A DNA stretch of 64,000 nucleotides from an uncultured Lentimicrobiaceae bacterium (GTDB lineage: Bacteria > Bacteroidota > Bacteroidia > Bacteroidales > JAGNHN01): contig CAZPYJ010000004.1 in the NCBI GenBank assembly GCA_964590645.1, forward strand, positions 19,541-83,540, given 5' to 3'. Position numbers and translations under genes: made by a program. The stretch's first letter is position 1. The number at the start of each line of letters is the position of its first letter. This document shows, in pieces, positions 9,401 to 20,968 of the stretch. A model generated the notes under the pieces. It had not been told where the DNA came from and searched no databases. It saw only the letters and a list, made by a program, of their open reading frames with translations.

Positions 9401-10768
9401 ATGAAAAAAATAAGCATCCCTTTTTTAGCCCTATCCCTGATTGCACTGTTGATCACAGGCAGTTGCGTGAAACGTGATTTTGATGCCCCTCCGGGTAAAG
9501 AAATCCCCAAAGGCAATATCAAAACCATCGCTGAAATCCGCAGCCTTTATCAGGGCCAGCCAGTTTCCATTGATGAAGACTGGTCGGTTTACGCCGTGGT
9601 TACAATGGATGAACGTTCCGGGAATATATACCGCAATTCTTATATCCAGGACAAAACGGGAGCACTGAATCTTCGCCTGAATTCTTCCGGTGGCCTGTAT
9701 CTGGGCGACTCTATCCGCCTTTACCTGAAGGGAACACTGCTCTCCAGTTACGGGGGGGTATTGCAGCTCGACAGTGTAGATGTGGATAACAATGTGGTCA
9801 AACAGGCTACCCTGCTTATGAAAGAAGCGGAAAAGGTCAGCATCACTGATATTATGACAGGCTTTTACCAGTCGAAACTGGTACGCCTGGACAGTGTGCA
9901 GTTCAAGGCTTCGGAGCTGGGCAAGACGTTTGCCAATACCGTGCTGCTCTATTCGGAGAACCGGATGCTGGAGGACTGCAATAAGAATGAGATCATAGTG
10001 CGCACCAGTGGTTATGCGAATTTCGCGGGTGAGCTGCTCCCGGAAGGGAATGGTTCGATGGTGGCTATTGTGAGTGAATTCAACGGCGATATGCAGCTCT
10101 TTGTCCGCTCATACGCCGAGATCAATATGAATGGTGAGCGCTGCGGCGGCGTTGGAAACCAGGACCCGATCACCATCAAAGCCCTTCGGAACCTTTATAC
10201 GGGAAGCATTACCACTGTTCCGGCCAATAAGAAGATTAAGGGCATCATCATCTCCGATTATTCCAAATCTAATCTGCCCAATCGCAATGCCTTTATTCTG
10301 GACGAGAACGGAGACGGCATCGCCCTTCGCTTTGATGCCTCACACAGTTTTGCGCTGAACCAGGAAGTGGAAATTAATGTTTCAGGGATTGAACTGTCGG
10401 AGTTTAATGGCTTACTTCAGCTGAATAACCTTCCCAACGACAATGTCGCTGTGCTTGGCTCTGCGAGCCCTCCAATTCCCCTGGATGTGAATATTGAAGA
10501 CATACAGGACGATTTTGAAGAGTTTGAAGCCAAGCTCGTGCGCCTGAGCAATGTGAGCATCAGTAAAAGCGGTGGGGAAACAACCTACGCCTATACCACC
10601 ATTCTGAATGACGGTACCGGCCAGATCGATATGTTTACCACTTCCTATGCAAGCTTTGCCAACGACAATTTCCCCACTTATCCGGTGAATATTGTATGCA
10701 TCGTTTCGCAGTATAATAACCCTCAGGTAATCATCCGGAATCTGAATGATATCACTCCGGCAAAGTAG
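9401..10768 (+). CDS. lipoprotein with two tandem OB-fold-like repeats (DUF5689-like)
   Basis: Lipobox LITGSC, 12 nt after the receptor stop. There are two similar halves (IKTIAEIRSLYQG...VYAVVT...NSYIQDKTGALNLR...GGVLQLDSV and ITIKALRNLYTG...IKGIIIS...NAFILDENGDGIALR...NGLLQLNNL). The family name is from memory and not verified. Confidence 0.55.
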   Translation: MKKISIPFLALSLIALLITGSCVKRDFDAPPGKEIPKGNIKTIAEIRSLYQGQPVSIDEDWSVYAVVTMDERSGNIYRNSYIQDKTGALNLRLNSSGGLYLGDSIRLYLKGTLLSSYGGVLQLDSVDVDNNVVKQATLLMKEAEKVSITDIMTGFYQSKLVRLDSVQFKASELGKTFANTVLLYSENRMLEDCNKNEIIVRTSGYANFAGELLPEGNGSMVAIVSEFNGDMQLFVRSYAEINMNGERCGGVGNQDPITIKALRNLYTGSITTVPANKKIKGIIISDYSKSNLPNRNAFILDENGDGIALRFDASHSFALNQEVEINVSGIELSEFNGLLQLNNLPNDNVAVLGSASPPIPLDVNIEDIQDDFEEFEAKLVRLSNVSISKSGGETTYAYTTILNDGTGQIDMFTTSYASFANDNFPTYPVNIVCIVSQYNNPQVIIRNLNDITPAK

Positions 10769-10856
10769 TCCCCGGCAGATCCGGCTTTTGTATGCGATGG
10801 TTTTTTCAGATGCTTAGCGGATATTTTTCTATATTCGTTCCAAAATCTTCAGCCTA

Positions 10857-11594
10857 GTGACCGACAGCTTAATCATTATTCCTACTTATAACGAAAAGGA
10901 AAACATTGAGAAGATCATCCGGAAAGTGTTTTCTCTGGAGAAGGTATTTCATATCCTGATTGTGGAAGACAATTCTCCGGATGGCACGGCGGATATTGTC
11001 CGCCGCCTGATGCAGGAGTTCCCTGACCAGCTCTTTATGGAAGAGCGTCAGGGTAAGCTTGGCCTGGGAACGGCCTATATTCACGGCTTTAAATGGGGTT
11101 TGAAGAAGGACTATACCTACATCTTCGAGATGGATGCCGATTTCAGTCATAACCCCGATGATCTGATCCGCCTTTACAGGGCCTGTGAGGATGAGGGTGC
11201 CGACCTGGCCATAGGGTCGCGTTACATCAAAGGAGTGAATGTAGTTAACTGGCCAATGGGCCGGGTGCTGATGTCCTATTACGCCTCTGCTTATGTTCGC
11301 TTTGTCACCAGGATGAAAGTGCGTGATACCACTGCAGGCTTCAAATGCTACCGCCGTACGGTGCTGGAGACCATTCAACTGGATAAGATCCGGTTTACAG
11401 GTTATGCCTTCCAGATTGAGATGAAGTTTACTACCTGGAAGTTTGGGTTTAAGATCATTGAGGTTCCCATTATCTTCCACGATCGTACTGAGGGAAGCTC
11501 CAAGATGAGCAAGGGGATTTTCAAGGAGGCCGTCATTGGCGTGATCTCAATGACCATTCAAAGTTGGTTTAAAAAATACCACAGGCTTGCCTGA
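10857..11594 (+). CDS. polyprenol/dolichol-phosphate mannosyltransferase-like GT2 glycosyltransferase
   Basis: GTG start. IIIPTYNEKENI, EDNSPDGT and MDADFSHNP motifs are typical of Dpm1-like GT2 enzymes. Confidence 0.85.
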   Translation: MTDSLIIIPTYNEKENIEKIIRKVFSLEKVFHILIVEDNSPDGTADIVRRLMQEFPDQLFMEERQGKLGLGTAYIHGFKWGLKKDYTYIFEMDADFSHNPDDLIRLYRACEDEGADLAIGSRYIKGVNVVNWPMGRVLMSYYASAYVRFVTRMKVRDTTAGFKCYRRTVLETIQLDKIRFTGYAFQIEMKFTTWKFGFKIIEVPIIFHDRTEGSSKMSKGIFKEAVIGVISMTIQSWFKKYHRLA

Positions 11595-11617
11595 GAGCGA
11601 AATAATATACATTGGGT

Positions 11618-11648
11618 GGCGGAGCCGTGAGACGGTTTCGCCTTTTTT
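11618..11648 (+). terminator. rho-independent terminator after the GT2 gene
   Basis: GGCGGAGCCGT-gag-ACGGTTTCGCC stem (11 bp including wobbles) followed by TTTTTT. Lies 24 nt after the stop. Confidence 0.7.
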
Positions 11649-11660
11649 ATATCCTGCATT

Positions 11661-12986
11661 ATGCTGATAGAAAATGTGACCCTCATCAACGAAGGGAATG
11701 TTTTTCGGGGTGGACTCCTGGTAGAAGGAGACCGGATTCGTGCTGTTTTTAAGGAGGGCAATTTGCCGGCCTTCAAAGTGAACTACAGAGGACCGGTTTT
11801 TGACGGGGATGGGGGTTGGCTGATCCCCGGTGTGATCGACGATCAGGTACATTTTCGCGAACCGGGCCTGACCTACAAAGGGGATATCTTTACCGAAAGC
11901 CGGGCGGCTGCGGCAGGGGGCATCACCTCTTTTATGGAGATGCCGAATACTCAACCCCAGACGCTCAGCCTGGGCCTGCTGGAAGAGAAATACGGTCGTG
12001 CAGCAGAAGTGTCGGCGGTGAATTATTCCTTCTATATGGGTGCCTCCAACGACAATATCGCCGAACTGCGTAAAGTGGACCCCAAGCGGGTTTGCGGGGT
12101 GAAGGTGTTTATGGGCGCTTCTACTGGCAATATGCTGGTGGATAATCCCAAAGCCCTCGAACAGATCTTTGCAGAATCGCCTGCGCTGGTGGCCGTGCAC
12201 AGCGAAGATGAGCAGATCATCCGAAGCAATATGGCCCGCTATGGAGAGGAAGCATTGAGTGCACGCCATCACCCAATGATCCGTTCACGGGAAGCCTGCA
12301 TACGTTCTACAGAAAAAGCCCTGGGTATGGCACACCGGCACAAAACCCGCCTGCATATCCTGCATATTTCCACCGCCGAAGAAGCCAGGATGTTTGATGC
12401 AGGGCCGGTGGAACAGAAGAAAATCACCGCCGAGGTATGCGTGCATCACCTTTGGTTTTCAGATAAAGATTATGCTGTTAAGGGAAATCTTATCAAATGG
12501 AATCCGGCCATAAAAACAGCCGCCGACCGGGATACCCTGCGTCAGGCATTGACGGAAAATCGCCTGGATGTGGTGGCCACCGACCACGCTCCGCACAGCC
12601 TGGAAGAAAAACAACGCCCCTTTGTCCAGGCCCCTTCGGGAGGCCCACTGGTGCAGCACTCCCTGGTAGCAATGATGGAGATGGCAGCACAAGGCCATTT
12701 TACCCGTGAGATGGTAGTGGATAAGATGTGTCACCAACCCGCCCGCCTCTTCCGGATCAGAGACCGGGGCTTCCTGCGTCCTGGGTGTTTTGCCGACCTG
12801 GTTCTGCTGAGATCCAGTGAATGGACAGTGAGCAAAGAAAACATTTTCTACAAATGTGCCTGGTCGCCCTTCGAAGGCAGTACCTTCTCTCATCAGGTAG
12901 CCGTCACCTGGGTGAATGGGCAGGCTGTTTACAGGGACGGCAAAATAGAAGATATCCACTGCGGTAAGCGTCTTTTGTTCGGATGA
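11661..12986 (+). CDS. pyrC: dihydroorotase (amidohydrolase superfamily)
   Basis: GVIDDQVHFREPG metal-binding motif, ATDHAPH, and length 441 aa. The GT2-then-pyrC order is common in Bacteroidota. Confidence 0.8.
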   Translation: MLIENVTLINEGNVFRGGLLVEGDRIRAVFKEGNLPAFKVNYRGPVFDGDGGWLIPGVIDDQVHFREPGLTYKGDIFTESRAAAAGGITSFMEMPNTQPQTLSLGLLEEKYGRAAEVSAVNYSFYMGASNDNIAELRKVDPKRVCGVKVFMGASTGNMLVDNPKALEQIFAESPALVAVHSEDEQIIRSNMARYGEEALSARHHPMIRSREACIRSTEKALGMAHRHKTRLHILHISTAEEARMFDAGPVEQKKITAEVCVHHLWFSDKDYAVKGNLIKWNPAIKTAADRDTLRQALTENRLDVVATDHAPHSLEEKQRPFVQAPSGGPLVQHSLVAMMEMAAQGHFTREMVVDKMCHQPARLFRIRDRGFLRPGCFADLVLLRSSEWTVSKENIFYKCAWSPFEGSTFSHQVAVTWVNGQAVYRDGKIEDIHCGKRLLFG

Positions 12987-13015
12987 GAAGAATGTTTTTG
13001 TGTATCAACGCGACA

Positions 13016-13519
13016 TTATGGCTCTTCCCTTTTCCGGAAATACTTACGGCTCATTCTGATAAGAAAAGGATAGAAAACAGCCAAATGAATTGCAAAGAAA
13101 ACGACCAGGGCCATTCCAAGCTTATTATGCAATTCCTGAAAGCCTTCCACCATCCCTTCCTCCTGAATCCAAAGCCAGGTGAGCAAACCACTGGCCGTTG
13201 TTGACAAAAACAAGAGAAGAAGCCCAAGATTGATGGGCTTAAACCCAGCCTTCCTGCCTTTAAGAAACAGACGCCTCAAAGCAGCCCAGTGAAGTACAAG
13301 GTGAAGTAGCACCAGGGGCAGGGCCACCAGGGTCGTCCGCTGATGGAACCAGCGCCACTGATGTCCGCTGAAGCCAAGCGTAAGACTTTCCTCCAAAACC
13401 CCACTGCGATAGATCAGCATTACAATGCCACTGCCTAGCAAGCAAAGAAAGGGAAGCAGGGCGGCAAGATCCACCACATAATTCCGAAAGGCTTTATTTG
13501 TCAGGAGTTTTTTCAGCAT
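13016..13519 (-). CDS. four-helix membrane protein with conserved histidines (DUF4405-like, possible haem binding)
   Basis: Four predicted TM helices. His pairs lie in helices 2 and 4 (LLHLVLH, HNKLG...FFAIHL). The family assignment is tentative. Confidence 0.45.
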   Translation of the reverse strand: MLKKLLTNKAFRNYVVDLAALLPFLCLLGSGIVMLIYRSGVLEESLTLGFSGHQWRWFHQRTTLVALPLVLLHLVLHWAALRRLFLKGRKAGFKPINLGLLLLFLSTTASGLLTWLWIQEEGMVEGFQELHNKLGMALVVFFAIHLAVFYPFLIRMSRKYFRKREEP

Positions 13520-13582
13520 TGCGCAAATAGAGGCGTCGAAAATAGAAAAACCTGACCAATTCTCCCTGGAGCAAAAGCCTTG

Positions 13583-15382
<1,800 letters not shown>

Positions 15383-15502
15383 ACACTTGCAGATTGGGTT
15401 AGCTGATGGGCAAATGTAGCAAAACAGGCGGGCATTCTGCCCGGACGTGATCCCCGATTTGCACAGGATTGCGTATCTTGGCTGCTTCAATTTATCCACA
15501 TT

Positions 15503-15880
15503 ATGAAAAAGATCATTCATACCGAAAATGCACCCAAAGCCATTGGACCCTACAGTCAGGCCACCGAAGTGAACGGATTGCTCTTCATCTCAGGCCAGGT
15601 ACCCATCGACCCGGCCACAGGGAAAGTGGTGGAAGGCGATATCAAAGCACAAACGAAGCAGGTGATGGAGAACATCAAGGCGATCCTGGAAGAAGCCGGT
15701 TACAGCTTCTCCCAGGTAGTGAAATCCACCTGCCTGCTTTCCGATATGTCCCATTTTGCTGCGATGAATGAGGTGTATGGCGAATATTATAAAGAAAATC
15801 CCCCGGCCCGGGCGGCCTACGCTGTAAAAGGATTGCCCCTGGGCGTAATGGTGGAAATTGAAACCATTGCTGCTAAATAA
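15503..15880 (+). CDS. ridA: RidA/YjgF family reactive-intermediate deaminase
   Basis: [11 protein letters not shown]...LFISGQ...[16 protein letters not shown] is the canonical RidA pattern. Length 125 aa. Confidence 0.9.
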   Translation: MKKIIHTENAPKAIGPYSQATEVNGLLFISGQVPIDPATGKVVEGDIKAQTKQVMENIKAILEEAGYSFSQVVKSTCLLSDMSHFAAMNEVYGEYYKENPPARAAYAVKGLPLGVMVEIETIAAK

Positions 15881-15886
15881 AACCTT

Positions 15887-18052
15887 ATGAGATACCGTAC
15901 TTTTTTGTCCCTGCTGCTGGGACTGATTTTGTCGTTGCGCCTCTCCGCGGGAGAAGGGATGTGGATCCCCAGCCTGCTCAAGCAATTGAATGAGGCTGAA
16001 ATGATTGAGATGGGATTTCGCCTTTCGGCTGAAGATATCTATAGTATCAATCACGCCAGTATGAAGGATGCTGTGGTGCTCTTCGGAAGGGGCTGCACCG
16101 GGGAGATCATTTCTGAAGAAGGTCTCATTCTGACCAACCACCATTGCGGACTTGGCCAAATTCAAAAGCACTCCTCCCTCGAAGCGGACTACCTGACCAA
16201 TGGTTTCTGGGCGATGAATAAGGCGGAAGAGCTGCCCAATCCCGGACTGAGTGTGACCCTGCTGAAGTATATGGAGGATGTGACAGGGCGGGTGTTGCGT
16301 GATATCCCGGAAGACGCCGATGAAGCAAGCCGTGCAAAAAGGGTGAAAGAGAACATCTCCCTGATCATTGAAGAGGCCACTAAAGACAATCACTACGAAG
16401 CCTATGTCCGCCCTTTCTATTATGGAAATGTATATTACTTGTTTGTAAATGAAGTCTTTAAAGACGTCCGTCTTGTAGGTGCCCCGCCTTCCTCCATCGG
16501 AAAGTTCGGGGGCGATACGGATAACTGGATGTGGCCCCGGCATACGGGCGATTTTTCCCTCTTCCGCATTTATGCCGGTCAGGATAATAAGCCTGCTGAA
16601 TATGCAGAAGACAATGTTCCCTACACACCTGCTTACCATTTCCCGATTTCTCTCAAGGGCTACAAGAAAGGGGATTTTACCCTGGTTTTCGGCTACCCTG
16701 GTTCTACTGACCAGTTTTTTACAGCGGATGCCGTGAAAGTGGTCACTGAAGTGCGCAACCCCATCGCCATCGATGCCCGCCGCCTTCGCCTGGATATTTT
16801 TGAGAAGCATATGCGCCAGGATGAGCAGGTGCGGATACAGTACACGGCCAAGCACGCCGGACTCGCCAATGGATGGAAGAAATGGATCGGAGAGAACCGG
16901 GGCATCCGCCGGCTCAATACCATAGCCATCAAGGAGAGCAGTGAAAAAGATTTCCATTTCTGGACCCAAAGCAACGACCAGCTCAAGGCGCAATACGGTA
17001 ATCTGCTCCCTGATTTTGAAAAGGTATATCAAAGCTACGGCCCTGCTACCCGTGCCGCTACTTTTATCCGGGAAGCCGGACTGGCCGGGGAACTCCTGCG
17101 GCAGGCCGGACAGCTCGACGATCTGATCGCAGTGGCAACAGATAAGGAATCCGATCTGGCATTGGTTCAGGAAGAAGCACAAAAAGCCCTGTCCCGCTTT
17201 AACAGTTTCCAGAAAGATTTCAATACCGCCACCGACCAGGATGTGCTGGGTAGTCTGCTGGCCTATTATTATGAAGGGATGAATAGCGATTTCATCCCTG
17301 CTTCCTTGCAGAAAGGAATCAAAAAACACAAAGGCGATTTCAATGCCCTTGCACAGGAGCTGATGAAGGGGAGTATCCTTTCTAAGCCTGATGCCTTCCG
17401 GGAGGTGCTTCAAAGCGACAATAGAAATAAGATTAAAAAATTGGCAAAGGACCCGCTTTTTGTGCTCGCTGATGAACTGCTGACCTATTATTATGAGAAT
17501 GTGGTTCCGGTGCTCCGAAGAGACAATCGCAGCCTGGACAGCCTGTACAGAGTTTATGTAGAGGCATTGATGCAGATGCGCCCCGATAAACGCTTCTATC
17601 CTGATGCTAACCTCACGCTTCGTATAACATACGGACAAGTGGATGACTATTTCCCCCAGGATGCGGTCACGTACAACCATTTTACCACGCTGGAAGGCAT
17701 TATGGAGAAGGAAGCGCTGGAGGTGTATGATTATGTGGTTCCAGAGAAACTACGCACCCTTTATGAGGCCGGGGATTATGGTACCTATGCAGGTGCTGAC
17801 GGAAAGATGCATACCTGCTTTATTGCCAGCAACCATACCACAGGCGGAAACTCTGGCAGCCCGGTGCTTAATGCCGATGGGCAGCTTATCGGGATCAATT
17901 TTGACCGGAACTGGGAAGGAACAATGAGCGACATCGATTACGACCCGGATATGTGCCGGAATATCAGCCTGGATATCCGCTATTGCCTGTTCATCATTGA
18001 CAAATTTGCAGGGGCAGGTCATCTGATAGAAGAAATGAGCCTGGTGCGCTAA
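15887..18052 (+). CDS. S46 family dipeptidyl-peptidase (DPP7/DPP11-like)
   Basis: Signal peptide then EGMWIP, catalytic His context TNHHCG, and C-terminal GGNSGSPV serine motif. Length 721 aa. Confidence 0.9.
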   Translation: MRYRTFLSLLLGLILSLRLSAGEGMWIPSLLKQLNEAEMIEMGFRLSAEDIYSINHASMKDAVVLFGRGCTGEIISEEGLILTNHHCGLGQIQKHSSLEADYLTNGFWAMNKAEELPNPGLSVTLLKYMEDVTGRVLRDIPEDADEASRAKRVKENISLIIEEATKDNHYEAYVRPFYYGNVYYLFVNEVFKDVRLVGAPPSSIGKFGGDTDNWMWPRHTGDFSLFRIYAGQDNKPAEYAEDNVPYTPAYHFPISLKGYKKGDFTLVFGYPGSTDQFFTADAVKVVTEVRNPIAIDARRLRLDIFEKHMRQDEQVRIQYTAKHAGLANGWKKWIGENRGIRRLNTIAIKESSEKDFHFWTQSNDQLKAQYGNLLPDFEKVYQSYGPATRAATFIREAGLAGELLRQAGQLDDLIAVATDKESDLALVQEEAQKALSRFNSFQKDFNTATDQDVLGSLLAYYYEGMNSDFIPASLQKGIKKHKGDFNALAQELMKGSILSKPDAFREVLQSDNRNKIKKLAKDPLFVLADELLTYYYENVVPVLRRDNRSLDSLYRVYVEALMQMRPDKRFYPDANLTLRITYGQVDDYFPQDAVTYNHFTTLEGIMEKEALEVYDYVVPEKLRTLYEAGDYGTYAGADGKMHTCFIASNHTTGGNSGSPVLNADGQLIGINFDRNWEGTMSDIDYDPDMCRNISLDIRYCLFIIDKFAGAGHLIEEMSLVR

Positions 18053-18091
18053 GCCGGCTTGCATACTTTTGAATTCTTTAACCCCACAGAA

Positions 18092-19099
18092 ATGATTCGC
18101 GTAGCCATTAATGGATTTGGCAGGATAGGCCGTGTCACCACCCGCCTCCTTCTTGAACAAAACGATCTTCAACTCATTGCTATCAATGACCTGGGTGACC
18201 CGCATACCCTGGCACATCTTTTCAAATATGACTCCATCCAGGGAATATACCCTGAGGCGGTCAGTGCGGATGGAAATACCCTGAAGATAGGGGAGAAAAA
18301 GATACAGGTATTGTCGGTGCCCGAGCCTGCCTCCCTTCCCTGGAAAGCGCTGGAGGTAGATGTGGTGATCGAAGCGACAGGTTTATTTCTGACCAGAGCC
18401 TTGGCTTCACAACATCTGCAGGCCGGAGCCAGAAAGGTGATTCTTTCTGCGCCTTCCAAAGGAGAAGCGGAAGACATTGCCTTTGTAGTATTGGGCGTCA
18501 ATGATGAGGTGATTGCGGAGGCCGGAGATATTATTTCCAATGCTTCCTGCACCACCAATTGTGTAGCTCCCCTGATCAAGATTCTGGATGATCGCTGGGG
18601 GGTGGAGAAAGGTTTCATCACAACAGTGCACTCTTACACCCGCGATCAGAACCTGATGGATGGCCCCCACAGCAAAGACTTACGGCGGGCCCGGGCTGCG
18701 GCCGTTTCTATCATTCCCACCACCACGGGGGCCGCGAAAGCATCCACCCGTATCTTTCCGAAACTGAAAAACAACCTGGGGGGCGCCGGGATACGGGTTC
18801 CGGTGCCGGATGGTTCTCTCACCGATCTGACCTGCACGCTCAGAGACAGTACGAGTGTGGCCGAGATCAATGCAGCCTTTAAAGCAGCCGCAGAGGGTCA
18901 GATGCGCGGGATACTGGAATATACCGAGGATCCTATTGTCTCGGTGGATGTGATCGGGAACCGGCATTCGGCGGTGTTTGATGCTGGTCTGACGGCGGTA
19001 CTGGGCGATAAAAACAAGCTGGTGAAGGTGGTGGCCTGGTACGACAATGAGATGGGTTATTCGGCAAGGCTGGTGGAATTGATCCGGAGGGTGGTTTAA
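18092..19099 (+). CDS. gap: type I glyceraldehyde-3-phosphate dehydrogenase
   Basis: MIRVAINGFGRIGR, SNASCTTNC and WYDNEMGYS. The start is moved from the track's 18059 to the conserved MIRVAING. Confidence 0.92.
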   Translation: MIRVAINGFGRIGRVTTRLLLEQNDLQLIAINDLGDPHTLAHLFKYDSIQGIYPEAVSADGNTLKIGEKKIQVLSVPEPASLPWKALEVDVVIEATGLFLTRALASQHLQAGARKVILSAPSKGEAEDIAFVVLGVNDEVIAEAGDIISNASCTTNCVAPLIKILDDRWGVEKGFITTVHSYTRDQNLMDGPHSKDLRRARAAAVSIIPTTTGAAKASTRIFPKLKNNLGGAGIRVPVPDGSLTDLTCTLRDSTSVAEINAAFKAAAEGQMRGILEYTEDPIVSVDVIGNRHSAVFDAGLTAVLGDKNKLVKVVAWYDNEMGYSARLVELIRRVV

Positions 19100-19168
19100 T
19101 ACATTTACTTCTCTTTATCAGATGAATTGCTCGATACAATCGAGCGGCCCTGACGCACGCGCGCGAGC

Positions 19169-19208
19169 AAAAAAAAAGAACCTGCCTCATTGAGACAGGT
19201 TCTTTATC
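19169..19208. terminator. bidirectional terminator between convergent gap and the T9SS cargo gene
   Basis: GAACCTG / CAGGTTC 7-bp stem (19178-19184 / 19196-19202). A9 lies upstream (T9 on the minus strand) and TTTATCT downstream. Confidence 0.65.
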
Positions 19209-19224
19209 TAAGATCAAAAATTTC

Positions 19225-20874
19225 TTAGCGTACACTCACCTTGCGGGTGGTTTCGCTGCTTTCGCCTACAACACGGAGGAAGTAAGCACCGCTTTTGATA
19301 TTGCGTACATCGACCACGGCACGGAAGTCATCAACCTGGCTGGCATATACCATTTGACCCAGGGTATTGATCAGCTCTACGCGGGTGATCATCTCTTCGC
19401 TGGTCACTGTCAGTTCAGTGGAAGCCGGTACCGGGAATACGTTTACGCTGAGTTCATTGACTTCGATCTCAGGAGTACCAACAACCATATCCAGATAATA
19501 TCCGAAGATGTCCTGCTCGCCCTGCGCCAGCCCACCCAGGGTGTACTCGCCCGGGATAATATCACCGGCAGACCAGAGACCTCCTGCGATGCAAGTTGCA
19601 CCAAGATCACCGCTCACACTGTGTGAAACGCCTGTGGCTACGCCTGTGGTAGGATTAAACTGCTCTACCTGGCAGCCAAGTCCGCTTGAAGTACCGGTGA
19701 AGAGCCAGAGGAATGGACCACCTGCACTGTTCATATCATAGGCCATCCCATAACAGCTTGGCGGGGTGGAGATCACATTCAGGACAGCTCCGGTGCGGCT
19801 CACCAAAGTAAGGTCGGTGCTGAAGTTGTTCACCCAGAAAGCATCATTGACAGGATCATAGGCAATGGCGCGTGCAGCCACCGGGCTGGTAATGGTGCTG
19901 ATCAGGGTACCTGTGGAGGTGAAGCAATAAATAGTGGTAGAGGCATCAGAACCATAGAGGTAGGTACCGTCCCACGCCATATCGCGGATGCCTGAAGAAC
20001 CTGTAATCCAGGTAGGAATGAAGGAATCCACCAGGGCACCGGCAGGGCTGATGCGGAAGATGGTTCTTCCACCGCCAAATCCCCACTCTGCTGCAAAGAA
20101 GTTGGTACCATCCCATTCTGAACCTGCAAGTCCGGAGCCACCGGTGATGCTGTCGGCATCAATCACAAATTGAAGATCCCACATTTGTGAGCCGGGGCCG
20201 GTGCCACCACCCACACCTACTTTTACCAGGTCGAGGAAGAAGGCAGCGCCATCGTTGAAGTTGTCCGTTACGTGCTCACGGAAGGCAATGTAGATATCCT
20301 GTCCGGCATAGGCAGCCAAAGGATATTCATAATAGAACCAACCTGTATCGGTAGCTAAATAAGCAATTTGCGCCAGGTTAGTCGTGAAATTGGCTGTAGC
20401 ATTTCCCGTGGTGGAGATCTTGATATCCAGGTTGTCGATGTATAAGTCTGAAAACTTATATACCCAGAAAGAGAGGGTATCGGTGGCAGAAATGGTCACT
20501 TGCGGGGTGATCAGCCACTGGTCGTTGTAAGAGGCACCACCGGTGGTCCAGGTGCAGAAAGCCACGCCTTGTCCACCACCTACAGGTGCAACAACCGTAC
20601 CTCCATTCCATCCCGGGATCGGGGAAGTTCCAACAGTCTGGCGTTCCCAGCCGGTTCCCCCATCGGGACTCTGGGTGGACCAGCCTGCCGGGGGGAAGGT
20701 TGGAGATTCAAAGCTCTCGTCGATCGAAGTGACTGTGGTGTTCTCGATGCCATTCCCTGTAGTGGGGGCATTGGGATCGGAATCAGCCACATTAAGCTTG
20801 TTTTGTGCGAACAACAGGCTGGTGCCCATCATCATCACAACAAACCACTGAAGAAGAATAGTAGATTTTCTCAT
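19225..20874 (-). CDS. T9SS-sorted surface protein with choice-of-anchor-J-like N-domain and repeat (propeller-like) region
   Basis: Signal peptide. FPPAGW...GWE...NDQWLITPQ motifs. C-terminal VNVFPVPAS...IKSGAYFLRV...KVSVR is a T9SS tail. Confidence 0.8.
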   Translation of the reverse strand: MRKSTILLQWFVVMMMGTSLLFAQNKLNVADSDPNAPTTGNGIENTTVTSIDESFESPTFPPAGWSTQSPDGGTGWERQTVGTSPIPGWNGGTVVAPVGGGQGVAFCTWTTGGASYNDQWLITPQVTISATDTLSFWVYKFSDLYIDNLDIKISTTGNATANFTTNLAQIAYLATDTGWFYYEYPLAAYAGQDIYIAFREHVTDNFNDGAAFFLDLVKVGVGGGTGPGSQMWDLQFVIDADSITGGSGLAGSEWDGTNFFAAEWGFGGGRTIFRISPAGALVDSFIPTWITGSSGIRDMAWDGTYLYGSDASTTIYCFTSTGTLISTITSPVAARAIAYDPVNDAFWVNNFSTDLTLVSRTGAVLNVISTPPSCYGMAYDMNSAGGPFLWLFTGTSSGLGCQVEQFNPTTGVATGVSHSVSGDLGATCIAGGLWSAGDIIPGEYTLGGLAQGEQDIFGYYLDMVVGTPEIEVNELSVNVFPVPASTELTVTSEEMITRVELINTLGQMVYASQVDDFRAVVDVRNIKSGAYFLRVVGESSETTRKVSVR

Positions 20875-20968
20875 AGTGAAAGGATTTGGTTTTTAATAGG
20901 ATTAGGCAAATATAGTAAATCTGGGAAATGATAAACAAACCTAAAAATCGGTCAAGGCAGAAAAAAGA

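Noticed and set aside
15383-15520. N-terminal extensions in the track for several genes: the SSF transporter to 15520, the porin to 27416, the lipoprotein to 5581, porV from 50687, gap from 18059, and the giant gene to 38100
   Set aside because: The internal ATGs give canonical signal peptides, lipoboxes or conserved N-termini. The extensions overlap neighbouring genes or promoters, or start at TTG.
15590-17680. 696-aa ORF antisense to ridA and the S46 peptidase, the longest 'extra' ORF in the track
   Set aside because: It is in exact codon register with the sense genes, so it exists only because they avoid TTA, CTA and TCA. The translated sequence is low-complexity antisense-type (I/L/F/H/G/R rich) with no motifs. 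The sense genes have unambiguous family signatures.
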